DNA from: Vicinamibacterales bacterium
GTDB lineage: Bacteria > Acidobacteriota > Vicinamibacteria > Vicinamibacterales > UBA2999
Direction: 5' to 3'
Assembly (NCBI GenBank): GCA_036732565.1
Contig: DAINCF010000002.1
Span: 1 to 59,851, forward strand
DNA length: 59,851 nt
Below the pieces are notes generated by a model. The model saw only the letters and a program-made list of their open reading frames with translations. It was not told the DNA's origin and did not search any database. The position numbers and the translations under genes are program-made. Of this stretch, positions 7,159-15,066 are shown in pieces; positions within the stretch are counted from its first letter, which is position 1, and the number at the start of each line of letters is the position of its first letter.

Positions 7159-9258
7159 ATGCTGGCGACGCTCGCGGATGCGCCACTCAAAGATCCCAAT
7201 CTGATCTACGAGCCGAAGTACGACGGCATCCGTGCCATCGTCTTCGTCGAGCCCGATGCTCCGGACGTGCGCGTGCGCTTCTGGTCGCGCAACGGCAACG
7301 AGAAGACGACGCAGTTCCCGGAGATTGCGCATGCGTTGCGGGAGTGGGGTCGAGCGCTCGACGGACCCGTCGTCCTGGACGGCGAGATCGTCGCGCTCGA
7401 TGCGAAGGGCGACCCAGCCGGGTTTCAGCGGCTGCAGAGCCGCATTCACGTCAAGGCGCCGACCTATACCTCGTCGAAGCCGATGCTGAGACCCGACGAG
7501 CAGCCGACCGCGCTGATCGCGTTCGATCTCATTCGCGAACGTGATCAGGATCTCCGCAAGCTGCCGGTCGTCGAGCGGCGAAAGCGCCTAGAGGCGCTCT
7601 TCACGCGCATCCCGTCACGTTCCACACACATCAGGATGAGCGAAGTCGCACACGGCGACGGACGTGCCTTGCAGCAGCGCGCCATCGCCGAGGGCTGGGA
7701 AGGCCTCATCGTCAAGCACGCGCGGTCGCCCTATCGCGACAACAAGCGCAGCGCGGAGTGGCGCAAGCTGAAGATCAAGAACGAAGGAGAATTCGTCGTC
7801 GGCGGCTACACCGAACCGAAGGGGACGCGCTCTCGATTCGGCTCGCTCATCCTCGGCGTGTACGAGAAGGCGGGTCGGGTTACGTCGAAGAAGCTGCGGT
7901 ACGTGGGCGACGTCGGCACGGGCTTCACCGGCAACGAGTTGGACCGCTTGTGGAGACTGATCGAGCCGCTGCGCACCGATGAGTCGCCCTTCGCCGCGCC
8001 GCCGAAAACGCTGGGCAAGCCGCATTGGGTGAAGCCCAAGCTGGTCGCGCAAGTGCAGTTCGGCGAGTGGACCGACGAGGGACGCCTTCGGCATCCGGTG
8101 TATCTAGGATTACGGGATGACAAGCCTGCGAGCGAGGTCACTCGGGAGATGAAGAAGACAGCGTCCGGCGCCGGAAAGGCTGGTCAGGCAGGTGGGGCAG
8201 GTCGGGCGCGTGGGGCTGGTAAGGCAGGTAGGGCTGGTGGGACCCGCCCGGCCAGGCCGACCCGCCCTACCGGCGCTCCGAAGGCATTGAAGGAATGGCA
8301 ACCGATCGCTGACGCCCTGCTCGCCCAGCTCGACGATCTCGAGAAGCGGCGCAAGAACGGCAAGCTCCGATTGCCTGACGAGGACACGCTCGAGATAACG
8401 AACCTGCACAAGGTGTTCTGGCCGAAGCCGCCGTACACCAAGGGCGATCTTCTGCGCTACTACGTCCGCGCAGCGCCGCTCATCCTGCCGGTCGTCGACG
8501 ATCGGCCACTCGTCATGAAGCGCCTGCCCAACGGCGTGGACGCGCAGGCGTTCTACCAGCATCGCGCGCCTGAGCCCGTCGTGCCGGGCGTGCGGACCGA
8601 AACGCTGCCGAACGACGACGTCCCGGCTCGCCTCATCGGCGGGTCCTTGAAGACGCTTCTCTACATGGCGCAGCTCGCGTCGATCTCGATGGACCCGTGG
8701 TTTTCGACGATGTCGGATCTCGATCACGCGGATCAGGTCGCCATCGATCTCGATCCGCAGCCGGGCGCCACCTTCGCGCAGATTTTGGACGTCGCGCGCT
8801 GGGTCCGCGACGAGCTGGAGCGGCTCGAGGTGCCTGCCTACCCGAAAACGTCAGGGTCCGAAGGGCTGCACATCTTCATTCCGCTGCCGCCGGAGACGAC
8901 CTACGAGGCTGGCATGCTCTTCTGCCAGATCGTCGCCACGATGGTGGCGTCGAAGCATCCGAAGGTTGCGACCGTGGAGCGCATGGTCGGCAGGCGCAAG
9001 CCCGGCACGGTCTACGTCGACTACCTGCAGAACATTCAAGGCAAGACGCTGGCGTGCGCCTACAGCGCGCGGGGCAGCGCGTTTGGCGGCGTCTCGACTC
9101 CGCTCACCTGGGACGAGGTCGACGACTCCCCTGCGCCTCAGGACTTCACGATGACCACGATCATCGACCGCATGCACAAGGTCGGCGATCTCTGGGCCGG
9201 CATGCGCTCACCCACGCGCGCCGATCTCATGGGCGCCCTCGAGAAACTCCAACGATGA
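7159..9258 (+). CDS. ligD: ATP-dependent DNA ligase LigD, two-domain form (N-terminal ligase, C-terminal primase-polymerase, no phosphoesterase domain)
   Basis: Adenylation motif I 'EPKYDGIR'. OB-fold region 'GEFVVGGYTEPKG.R..FGSLILG'. C-terminal LigD Pol domain ('ITNLHKVFWP...YTKGDLLRYY', 'KTSGSEGLHIFIPL', 'VYVDYLQN'). ATG at 7159 ('MLATLADAP'). Confidence 0.9.
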   Translation: MLATLADAPLKDPNLIYEPKYDGIRAIVFVEPDAPDVRVRFWSRNGNEKTTQFPEIAHALREWGRALDGPVVLDGEIVALDAKGDPAGFQRLQSRIHVKAPTYTSSKPMLRPDEQPTALIAFDLIRERDQDLRKLPVVERRKRLEALFTRIPSRSTHIRMSEVAHGDGRALQQRAIAEGWEGLIVKHARSPYRDNKRSAEWRKLKIKNEGEFVVGGYTEPKGTRSRFGSLILGVYEKAGRVTSKKLRYVGDVGTGFTGNELDRLWRLIEPLRTDESPFAAPPKTLGKPHWVKPKLVAQVQFGEWTDEGRLRHPVYLGLRDDKPASEVTREMKKTASGAGKAGQAGGAGRARGAGKAGRAGGTRPARPTRPTGAPKALKEWQPIADALLAQLDDLEKRRKNGKLRLPDEDTLEITNLHKVFWPKPPYTKGDLLRYYVRAAPLILPVVDDRPLVMKRLPNGVDAQAFYQHRAPEPVVPGVRTETLPNDDVPARLIGGSLKTLLYMAQLASISMDPWFSTMSDLDHADQVAIDLDPQPGATFAQILDVARWVRDELERLEVPAYPKTSGSEGLHIFIPLPPETTYEAGMLFCQIVATMVASKHPKVATVERMVGRRKPGTVYVDYLQNIQGKTLACAYSARGSAFGGVSTPLTWDEVDDSPAPQDFTMTTIIDRMHKVGDLWAGMRSPTRADLMGALEKLQR
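8176..8238 (+). repeat. In-frame 9-nt tandem repeat (7 units, consensus RRGGCWGGT) encoding (K/Q/G/R)-A-(G/R) x7 in the LigD interdomain linker
   Basis: Read directly: AAGGCTGGT CAGGCAGGT GGGGCAGGT CGGGCGCGT GGGGCTGGT AAGGCAGGT AGGGCTGGT. It is followed by (T/A)RP x3 encoded by ACCCGCCCG GCCAGGCCG ACCCGCCCT. Confidence 0.85.
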
Positions 9259-9262
9259 GTTC

Positions 9263-9405
9263 GCCACGAAGGCGCCAAGAACACGAATCACGCTAGCCAC
9301 GAAGGCACGAAGACACCAAGAATTTTTCTTCAAGTATTCCTTGGTGTCTTGGTGCCTTGGTGGCCAAATGCCTTCGTGGCGAGTCTCTTCGTGCTCTTCG
9401 TGGCC
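9263..9405. repeat. Imperfect ~140-nt palindrome built from 7-9-nt units (GCCACGAAG / CACCAAG on the left, CCTTGGTG / CTTCGTGGC on the right); candidate bidirectional terminator
   Basis: It fills the gap between the convergent ligD stop (9258) and TBDR stop (9415). The inner arms 9297..9322 and 9338..9364 pair over ~26 nt with two mismatches and one indel. The centre contains TTTTTCTTC. Confidence 0.8.
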
Positions 9406-9414
9406 AACTCGTAA

Positions 9415-11592
9415 TCAGAACGCGAACCGCAACTCTCCAATCACCTGACGCTTGATCACGTCGCCGAAGACGTGCGACTGGATGTCTTCGTTCGTCAGGT
9501 TGATCACCTTGATCGTGCTGATCAGCCGATCGCCGAGCCAGCGGACGCCGAAGGCGCCGTTCACCTGCGTGTAGGCTTCCGTCGGGCCGTGGAAGCGCGA
9601 GTCCAACACGTCTCGCCATTCCGCCTCGTCGACGAAGCTCACCGAGGCGTTGCCGAGCCAGCGCCCTCGATCGTAGCTGGCGCCGAGGTTGAAACGATTC
9701 TTGGGCGGGATATTGACCTCGTCGATGTCGAAATCCGGGTCCGGCGTCGCCTGATACGAGTAGTTGGCGAAGCCGTTGATGCCCGGACGCAGCATCGCGT
9801 CGATGCCCAGCTCGAAGCCTTTGTTTTTCACCTCGCCGAGATTCAGGTAGCTGAACTGCGACGGCAGTCCCGGCGCGGGAATGGCCTCCAGCACGGCGGG
9901 GGGCAGCGGCCAGCCGGGCGGCGGTGAGGTCGCACGGTAGCGATCGGTCTGGGTGAAGAAGATCTCATCCTCGTTCTTCGTCCAGTACACCGCCGCGGAC
10001 AGCGTCGCGCGATTGCGCAGGACACCGGTATAGCCGATCTCGAACGCCTGCACCGACTCTTCGACCAGATCCTCGTTCCCCACCGCGCCCACGGGAAAGT
10101 TGAAGATGCGGCCGGCCAGCGCCGGATTCAGCAGGCCGAGATTGAGCTGGTTGATGATCGTGACGTCGAGGAAGTTGTTGACGAGCGACGGTGAGCGAAA
10201 CGCTTTGTTGTACGAGAAGCGAATCGCATGCTCCGGCCTGGGCTTGACGATGAGCGCGGTCCGCGGCGAGAACACCGCATCGTCGATCACGTCGAACTTG
10301 TCGACGCGCGCGCCGATGTTCCACCGCAGGTAGTCGTTGATGAAGACCTCGTCCTGGACGTACGCACCGCCTTCCGCACGGTTGTCGCCGCGGGGCGCAA
10401 TGGACAGGTCGAAGGTGTTGTGGCGGAAGTTGCCGCCGTAGGTCAGCACTTGACGCGTGCCGAGGGTGGTCGAATGGCCAATCTCGAAGTCGTAGGTCCG
10501 GGTGTTGAAGGAGAACGGAATCGGTTGGCCGTCGAGGCCAACCGCCAGGAGACCGCGGGCGTCGCCGTTCAGGATGTTGGTGAAGAAGTTCAGGCGCAGC
10601 GCGCCGCGCGTGTAGCGGACGGTCGCGTAGCCGAGACCAGTGCTGCCCTCCATATCGAACGGGCCGATACCGGTATGGATGATGCCCTCGGTGCCCGAAT
10701 AGCCGCCCGCGAACACCAGCTTGTACTCGTTGTCGGGCGCGTCATAGTCGACGCGCGTGTCGACCTTCGGCTGCGTCGTGCCCTGATTCTGAAACGCTGG
10801 ATACGGCGTGTTCTGCGCATTCGGAATGGTGCCGGTGGGACGCGCGAACGCATCCGAGGTGTAGCCGCCGGCGGAGATCTTGTACGCCCACCGATCGTTG
10901 ACCGCTCGCGCGTGGGTGCCGTTGATCCCGAAGAGCGTCCCCGCGCCCTCACCGCTGTTGTTCACGTCGCGATCGAAGCCGCCGAACGTCATCGTCATGC
11001 TGTTGCCGTCGAGCTCACGCGGCGTCTTCGAGATGAAGTTGATGACGCCGTTCAGCGCATTGGCGCCCCAGACCGCTGACGCGGGACCGCGGATGACCTC
11101 GATCTGTTTGATCTCGTTCGGGTTCAGCGGCAGCAGGTCGTAGGCGACGAACCCGAAGAAGTCCAGATACAGGCTGCGCCCATCCATCAACGCGAGCTGG
11201 GAGGTGGCGAGGGTCGACGTCGCGCCGCGCAGCGTGATGTTGAAGTCGCGCGCCGAGGTTTGCGCGATGTTGACGCCTGGCACCGAGCGGAACAGCTCAG
11301 CGTAGTTGGTCGCGGGCGCGCTCTCGATCGTGGCGCTGGTAATCACGCTGACGGTGGCCGGGGCGTTGACGAGCTCCTGCTCCACCCGCGACGCGGTCAC
11401 GACCACTTGCTCTTCGTAGACCGGAGTTTCTTCGGGCTTCTCCTGCTCTGGTTTCTTCTGCTCTTGATCGGGTCTCTTCTGTTCTGGTGGTGAGGGCTGC
11501 TGGTTGGGAGCGGTGCCTTGCGGTGCGGCTTCAACGACAGGTGCCAAGAGCGTGGCCGCCAAGCACGCCGCGGCCAGGGTGCGCGAGTCCAT
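9415..11592 (-). CDS. TonB-dependent outer-membrane receptor (plug plus 22-strand barrel type)
   Basis: Signal peptide 'MDSRTLAAACLAATLLAPVVEAAP'. Pro/Glu/Lys/Gln-rich linker. Plug motifs 'VVVTASRVEQELVNAPATVSVIT..AELFRSVPGVNI...ITLRG'. C-terminal '...ELRFAF'. ATG at 11592 is preceded by AAGGAGGAG. Confidence 0.9.
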   Translation of the reverse strand: MDSRTLAAACLAATLLAPVVEAAPQGTAPNQQPSPPEQKRPDQEQKKPEQEKPEETPVYEEQVVVTASRVEQELVNAPATVSVITSATIESAPATNYAELFRSVPGVNIAQTSARDFNITLRGATSTLATSQLALMDGRSLYLDFFGFVAYDLLPLNPNEIKQIEVIRGPASAVWGANALNGVINFISKTPRELDGNSMTMTFGGFDRDVNNSGEGAGTLFGINGTHARAVNDRWAYKISAGGYTSDAFARPTGTIPNAQNTPYPAFQNQGTTQPKVDTRVDYDAPDNEYKLVFAGGYSGTEGIIHTGIGPFDMEGSTGLGYATVRYTRGALRLNFFTNILNGDARGLLAVGLDGQPIPFSFNTRTYDFEIGHSTTLGTRQVLTYGGNFRHNTFDLSIAPRGDNRAEGGAYVQDEVFINDYLRWNIGARVDKFDVIDDAVFSPRTALIVKPRPEHAIRFSYNKAFRSPSLVNNFLDVTIINQLNLGLLNPALAGRIFNFPVGAVGNEDLVEESVQAFEIGYTGVLRNRATLSAAVYWTKNEDEIFFTQTDRYRATSPPPGWPLPPAVLEAIPAPGLPSQFSYLNLGEVKNKGFELGIDAMLRPGINGFANYSYQATPDPDFDIDEVNIPPKNRFNLGASYDRGRWLGNASVSFVDEAEWRDVLDSRFHGPTEAYTQVNGAFGVRWLGDRLISTIKVINLTNEDIQSHVFGDVIKRQVIGELRFAF

Positions 11593-11595
11593 CGA

Positions 11596-11618
11596 CTCCT
11601 CCTTCCGGATCGGAGGAG
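11596..11618 (-). promoter_or_regulatory. Hairpin that pairs the TBDR Shine-Dalgarno with an upstream anti-SD (CTCCTCC / GGAGGAG, 7 bp, 9-nt loop)
   Basis: The minus-strand mRNA reads CTCCTCC-gatccggaa-GGAGGAG-tcg-ATG. This was seen directly in the sequence. A regulatory function is inferred. Confidence 0.35.
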
Positions 11619-11738
11619 CCGGGAAAGCGAGGCCGTCCGACCGGGGCGCTCGACGGCCAACACAGCGCACCGAGCGCGTGGCTATTGTAACGGCGGACTC
11701 ATGAATTCAATACGGGACCGGAATAATTACGCGAATCT

Positions 11739-12701
11739 TCACGCCAGGGCCACGGCCGACTGCGCCCACTGCTCCAGCTTGCGTGCATCCTCGTCGAACT
11801 TCCGGATCCCTTCGCTCAACTTCTCGACGGCCATGGCGTCGGTGTTGTGCAGCCAGCGGAACCCCTTCTCGTCCAGCGTAATGCGCTCTTCGCCGTCCTT
11901 CTTCGCGATCTCGGGAGACAGGTGGACGGTGACCTCGCCCGGCGTCTTCGCCAATTCCTCCAGCAGCTCGGGAGAAATCGTCAGCAGATCGCAGCCCGCG
12001 AGCAGCAGGATCTGCTCGACGCGGCGGAAGCTCGCGCCCATCACCTGTGTCGCGTAGCCGTGGCGCTTGTAGTAGTTGTAGATGCGCCGCACGGATGCGA
12101 CGCCTGGATCTTCCTCGGAAGGAATCTCCGAGCCGCGCTGCTTGCGATACCAGTCGTAGATGCGGCCCACGAACGGTGAGATCAACGTGACGCGCGCCTC
12201 GGCGCAGGCAACCGCCTGCGCGAAGCTGAAGAGCAGCGTCAGATTGCAGTGGATGCCGTCGCGCTCCAACAGCTCGGCGGCGCGGATGCCTTCCCACGTG
12301 CTGGCCAGCTTGATCAGGATGCGCGCGCGATCGATGCCATGCTGCTCGTAGAGGGCAATCAGATGGCGCGCCTTGCGAATCGACCCGTCGGTATCGAAGC
12401 TGAGCCGTGCATCCACTTCCGTCGACACCCGGCCCGGGATGATGTCGAGGATCTCGCGCCCGAACGCCACGGCCAGCCGAGCCATGAAGGCCTCGATCCG
12501 CAGGCGGGGATCGGTGGCATCGCGCTCGGCGTCTCGCAGGGCTTGATCAACCAGCGGCCGGTACTGCGGCAGCTGGGCGGCCTTGAGGAGCAGCGACGGA
12601 TTGGTCGTCGCGTCCTGGGGGCGGTACTTGCCAATGGCGTCGATGTCACCGGTGTCAGCGACGACCGTCGTCACGCGCTTCAACGAATCGAGGAGCGACA
12701 T
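11739..12701 (-). CDS. tal: Transaldolase (TalB-type)
   Basis: '[41 protein letters not shown]' and '[31 protein letters not shown]' are canonical transaldolase motifs. The protein is 320 aa from the ATG at 12701. The upstream part of the ORF-track entry runs through the repeat array. Confidence 0.92.
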   Translation of the reverse strand: MSLLDSLKRVTTVVADTGDIDAIGKYRPQDATTNPSLLLKAAQLPQYRPLVDQALRDAERDATDPRLRIEAFMARLAVAFGREILDIIPGRVSTEVDARLSFDTDGSIRKARHLIALYEQHGIDRARILIKLASTWEGIRAAELLERDGIHCNLTLLFSFAQAVACAEARVTLISPFVGRIYDWYRKQRGSEIPSEEDPGVASVRRIYNYYKRHGYATQVMGASFRRVEQILLLAGCDLLTISPELLEELAKTPGEVTVHLSPEIAKKDGEERITLDEKGFRWLHNTDAMAVEKLSEGIRKFDEDARKLEQWAQSAVALA

Positions 12702-12724
12702 GAGACCGATCGTAACAGCCCACG

Positions 12725-12843
12725 GCTCGAGCCTCAAGCCTCGAGCTCGAGCCCCAAGCCCCAAGTCTCGAGCCCCAAAGTCCCAAGTCTCAGGCCTCAA
12801 GCCCCTGAGGCCTCGAGCCCCAGGCCCCAAGCCCCAAGCCCCT
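12725..12843 (-). repeat. About 17 tandem 6-9-nt units (mostly heptamers; minus-strand reading GGCTTGG / GGCCTGG / GGCTCGA / GACTTGG / GGCTTGA) in the tal-pgi divergent intergenic region
   Basis: Read directly. It is the same unit family as 7021..7097 but the G-rich strand is the minus strand. It occupies most of the 157-nt gap between the tal ATG (12701) and the pgi ATG (12859). Confidence 0.9.
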
Positions 12844-12858
12844 GTTAGACTCGGGTGC

Positions 12859-14505
12859 ATGTCCGACTTGAGACAGCTCGAAGCCTGGCGGCGTCTGGAC
12901 GCGCATCGCGATGACATACGGCAGTTACATCTGCGCGATCTCTTCCGCCAGGATCCTGGACGCTTCCGGACCTTCTCGCTGTCGCTCGACGACCTGCTCA
13001 TCGACTACTCGAAGCATCTGATCACGACGGACACCATGGCTCTGCTCGCGGACCTCGCGCGGGCCAGACAGATCGAAGCGCTACGCGATCAGATGTTCGC
13101 CGGCGAGAAGATCAATACGACCGAGGGACGGGCCGTCCTGCATGTCGCGCTGCGCAACCGTTCGGATCGCCCCATCCTGGTCGACGGCCACGATGTCATG
13201 CCCGATGTGCGCGCCGCGCTGGCCCACATGCGCGTCTTCAGCGACGCCGTCCGCACGGGCGCCTGGAAAGGGTTCACCAACCGCACGATCACGGATGTCG
13301 TCAACATCGGCATCGGCGGATCGGATCTCGGGCCGGCGATGGTCACGGAGGCGCTGGCGCCGTACGGATCCGAAGGGCCGGCGCTGCACTTCGTCTCGAA
13401 CGTCGACGGCGCGCATCTGCTCGAGACCATCCGCCGCCTGGATCCCGAGACCACGCTCTTCACCGTGGCGTCCAAGACCTTCACCACGCAGGAGACCATG
13501 ACCAACGCGCGATCGGCGCGGGCGTGGTTCCTGGACCGAGCGGGTGACGAGCGCGCGGTCGCCCGGCACTTCGTCGCGATCTCGACGAACACGCGCGAGG
13601 TGGCCGGCTTCGGCATCGCGCCCGAGAACATGTTCGTGTTCTGGGACTGGGTGGGCGGCCGCTACTCGCTGTGGTCGTCCATCGGCCTGCCGATCGCGCT
13701 GTCGATCGGCTATTCGCGATTCGAGGATCTCCTCGAGGGCGCGTTCGAGATGGACGAGCACTTCAGGACCGCGCCGCTCGAGCGCAACATCCCGATGACG
13801 CTCGGCCTGCTCGGCGTGTGGTACGCCAGCCTGCTCGATGGCGAGACCCACGCCGTGCTGCCCTACGATCAGTTCCTTCGCCGCTTGCCCGCGTTCCTGC
13901 AGCAGCTCGACATGGAGAGCAACGGCAAGCGGGTCACGCGGGACAACGTGCCCGTCACCGTGCCGACCGGGCCCATCGTGTGGGGGGAGCCCGGCACCAA
14001 CGGGCAGCATGCGTTCTATCAGTTGATTCACCAGGGCACGCGACTGGTGCCGTGCGACTTCCTGATCGCCGCGCAGTCGCATCGGCCCCTGGGCGATCAC
14101 CACCGGCTGCTCGTCGCCAACTGCATCGCCCAGTCCGAGGCGCTCGCCATCGGCAAGACCGAAGCCGACGTCCGCGCCGAGCTGACGGCCCAGGGATTGA
14201 GCGGCGACGCGCTGGAGCGTCTGGTGCCGCACAAGGTGTTTCCCGGCAACCGGCCATCGACCACGATGATGTATCGGAAGCTGGATCCGCGAACGCTCGG
14301 CAGGCTGCTCGCCATGTACGAGCACAAGGTGTTCGTGATGGGCGCGATCTGGAACGTGAACTCGTTCGATCAATGGGGCGTCGAGCTCGGCAAGCAGTTG
14401 GCGAATCGAGTGCGCCCGGAGCTCGACCAACCCACCGACACGAAGGCCCACGACGCCTCCACCAACGCCCTCATCGCGTACGTCAAGCAGCTGTCTTCGA
14501 TGTAG
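12859..14505 (+). CDS. pgi: Glucose-6-phosphate isomerase
   Basis: 'DYSKHLIT', '[15 protein letters not shown]', '[13 protein letters not shown]', '[15 protein letters not shown]' and '[18 protein letters not shown]' are hallmark PGI motifs. ATG at 12859 ('[10 protein letters not shown]'). Confidence 0.95.
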   Translation: MSDLRQLEAWRRLDAHRDDIRQLHLRDLFRQDPGRFRTFSLSLDDLLIDYSKHLITTDTMALLADLARARQIEALRDQMFAGEKINTTEGRAVLHVALRNRSDRPILVDGHDVMPDVRAALAHMRVFSDAVRTGAWKGFTNRTITDVVNIGIGGSDLGPAMVTEALAPYGSEGPALHFVSNVDGAHLLETIRRLDPETTLFTVASKTFTTQETMTNARSARAWFLDRAGDERAVARHFVAISTNTREVAGFGIAPENMFVFWDWVGGRYSLWSSIGLPIALSIGYSRFEDLLEGAFEMDEHFRTAPLERNIPMTLGLLGVWYASLLDGETHAVLPYDQFLRRLPAFLQQLDMESNGKRVTRDNVPVTVPTGPIVWGEPGTNGQHAFYQLIHQGTRLVPCDFLIAAQSHRPLGDHHRLLVANCIAQSEALAIGKTEADVRAELTAQGLSGDALERLVPHKVFPGNRPSTTMMYRKLDPRTLGRLLAMYEHKVFVMGAIWNVNSFDQWGVELGKQLANRVRPELDQPTDTKAHDASTNALIAYVKQLSSM

Positions 14506-14541
14506 GGGCCGTTCGCGAACCGCCCCGACAGGTAACTCCGC

Positions 14542-14712
14542 ATGGACGTCAATGAAGAGCTCGCGCTGGTTCGCAGTCACGTGGCGCAACTGGACGAGAA
14601 GGTCAAGGTCCAGCGTCGCGAGCTGGATGCGCTGAAAAAGCAGATGACCAGGCTCCAGGACATCGTCCAGGAGCTGGAGCGTCACCTCGAAGACGACACG
14701 CTTGGCGAGTAG
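14542..14712 (+). CDS. Small (56 aa) coiled-coil protein, hypothetical (below the ORF-track length cut-off)
   Basis: ATG 14542 to TAG 14710..14712 gives 'MDVNEELALVRSHVAQLDEKVKVQRRELDALKKQMTRLQDIVQELERHLEDDTLGE'. It has strong GC3 bias like neighbouring genes and a heptad-like charged/hydrophobic pattern. It lies 36 nt downstream of pgi. Confidence 0.45.
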   Translation: MDVNEELALVRSHVAQLDEKVKVQRRELDALKKQMTRLQDIVQELERHLEDDTLGE

Positions 14713-15066
14713 ACGGCCCGGGCGGAGCCTCGCTAGTCAGGCAGTGGCCAGACTCATGTCCCCCATGTCCATGTCTTGGCCGATGAAGTCACTCATGCAC
14801 CAGACTTCATGAAAATGGACGATCGCGTGTCTGTCAGTCTGCGCTTCGGCAGCTCTGGTGGTGTCCGCGATTCGACCAAGGCTCGGAAGCGCCTGCCATT
14901 CAATCAGATAGCGGATCACAACGCGGCCATTTCGTCCTGGCGCACGCGTTAATAAGTCTGATTTTCGAGTGACTATTATCCTTGCCAGATCAGAACTCAG
15001 ATGGCTTGGAGCGGGCCACGCCTCCAGCAGCACAGTGGCAACCGCGTTGCTGTTCTAGTCGGCTGA

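Noticed and set aside
14737-15033. 98-aa minus-strand ORF between the small coiled-coil ORF and the astacin gene
   Set aside because: It has no recognisable motif, weak GC3 bias and no ribosome-binding site, and it lies in the lower-GC probable promoter region of the astacin gene. It is left unannotated.
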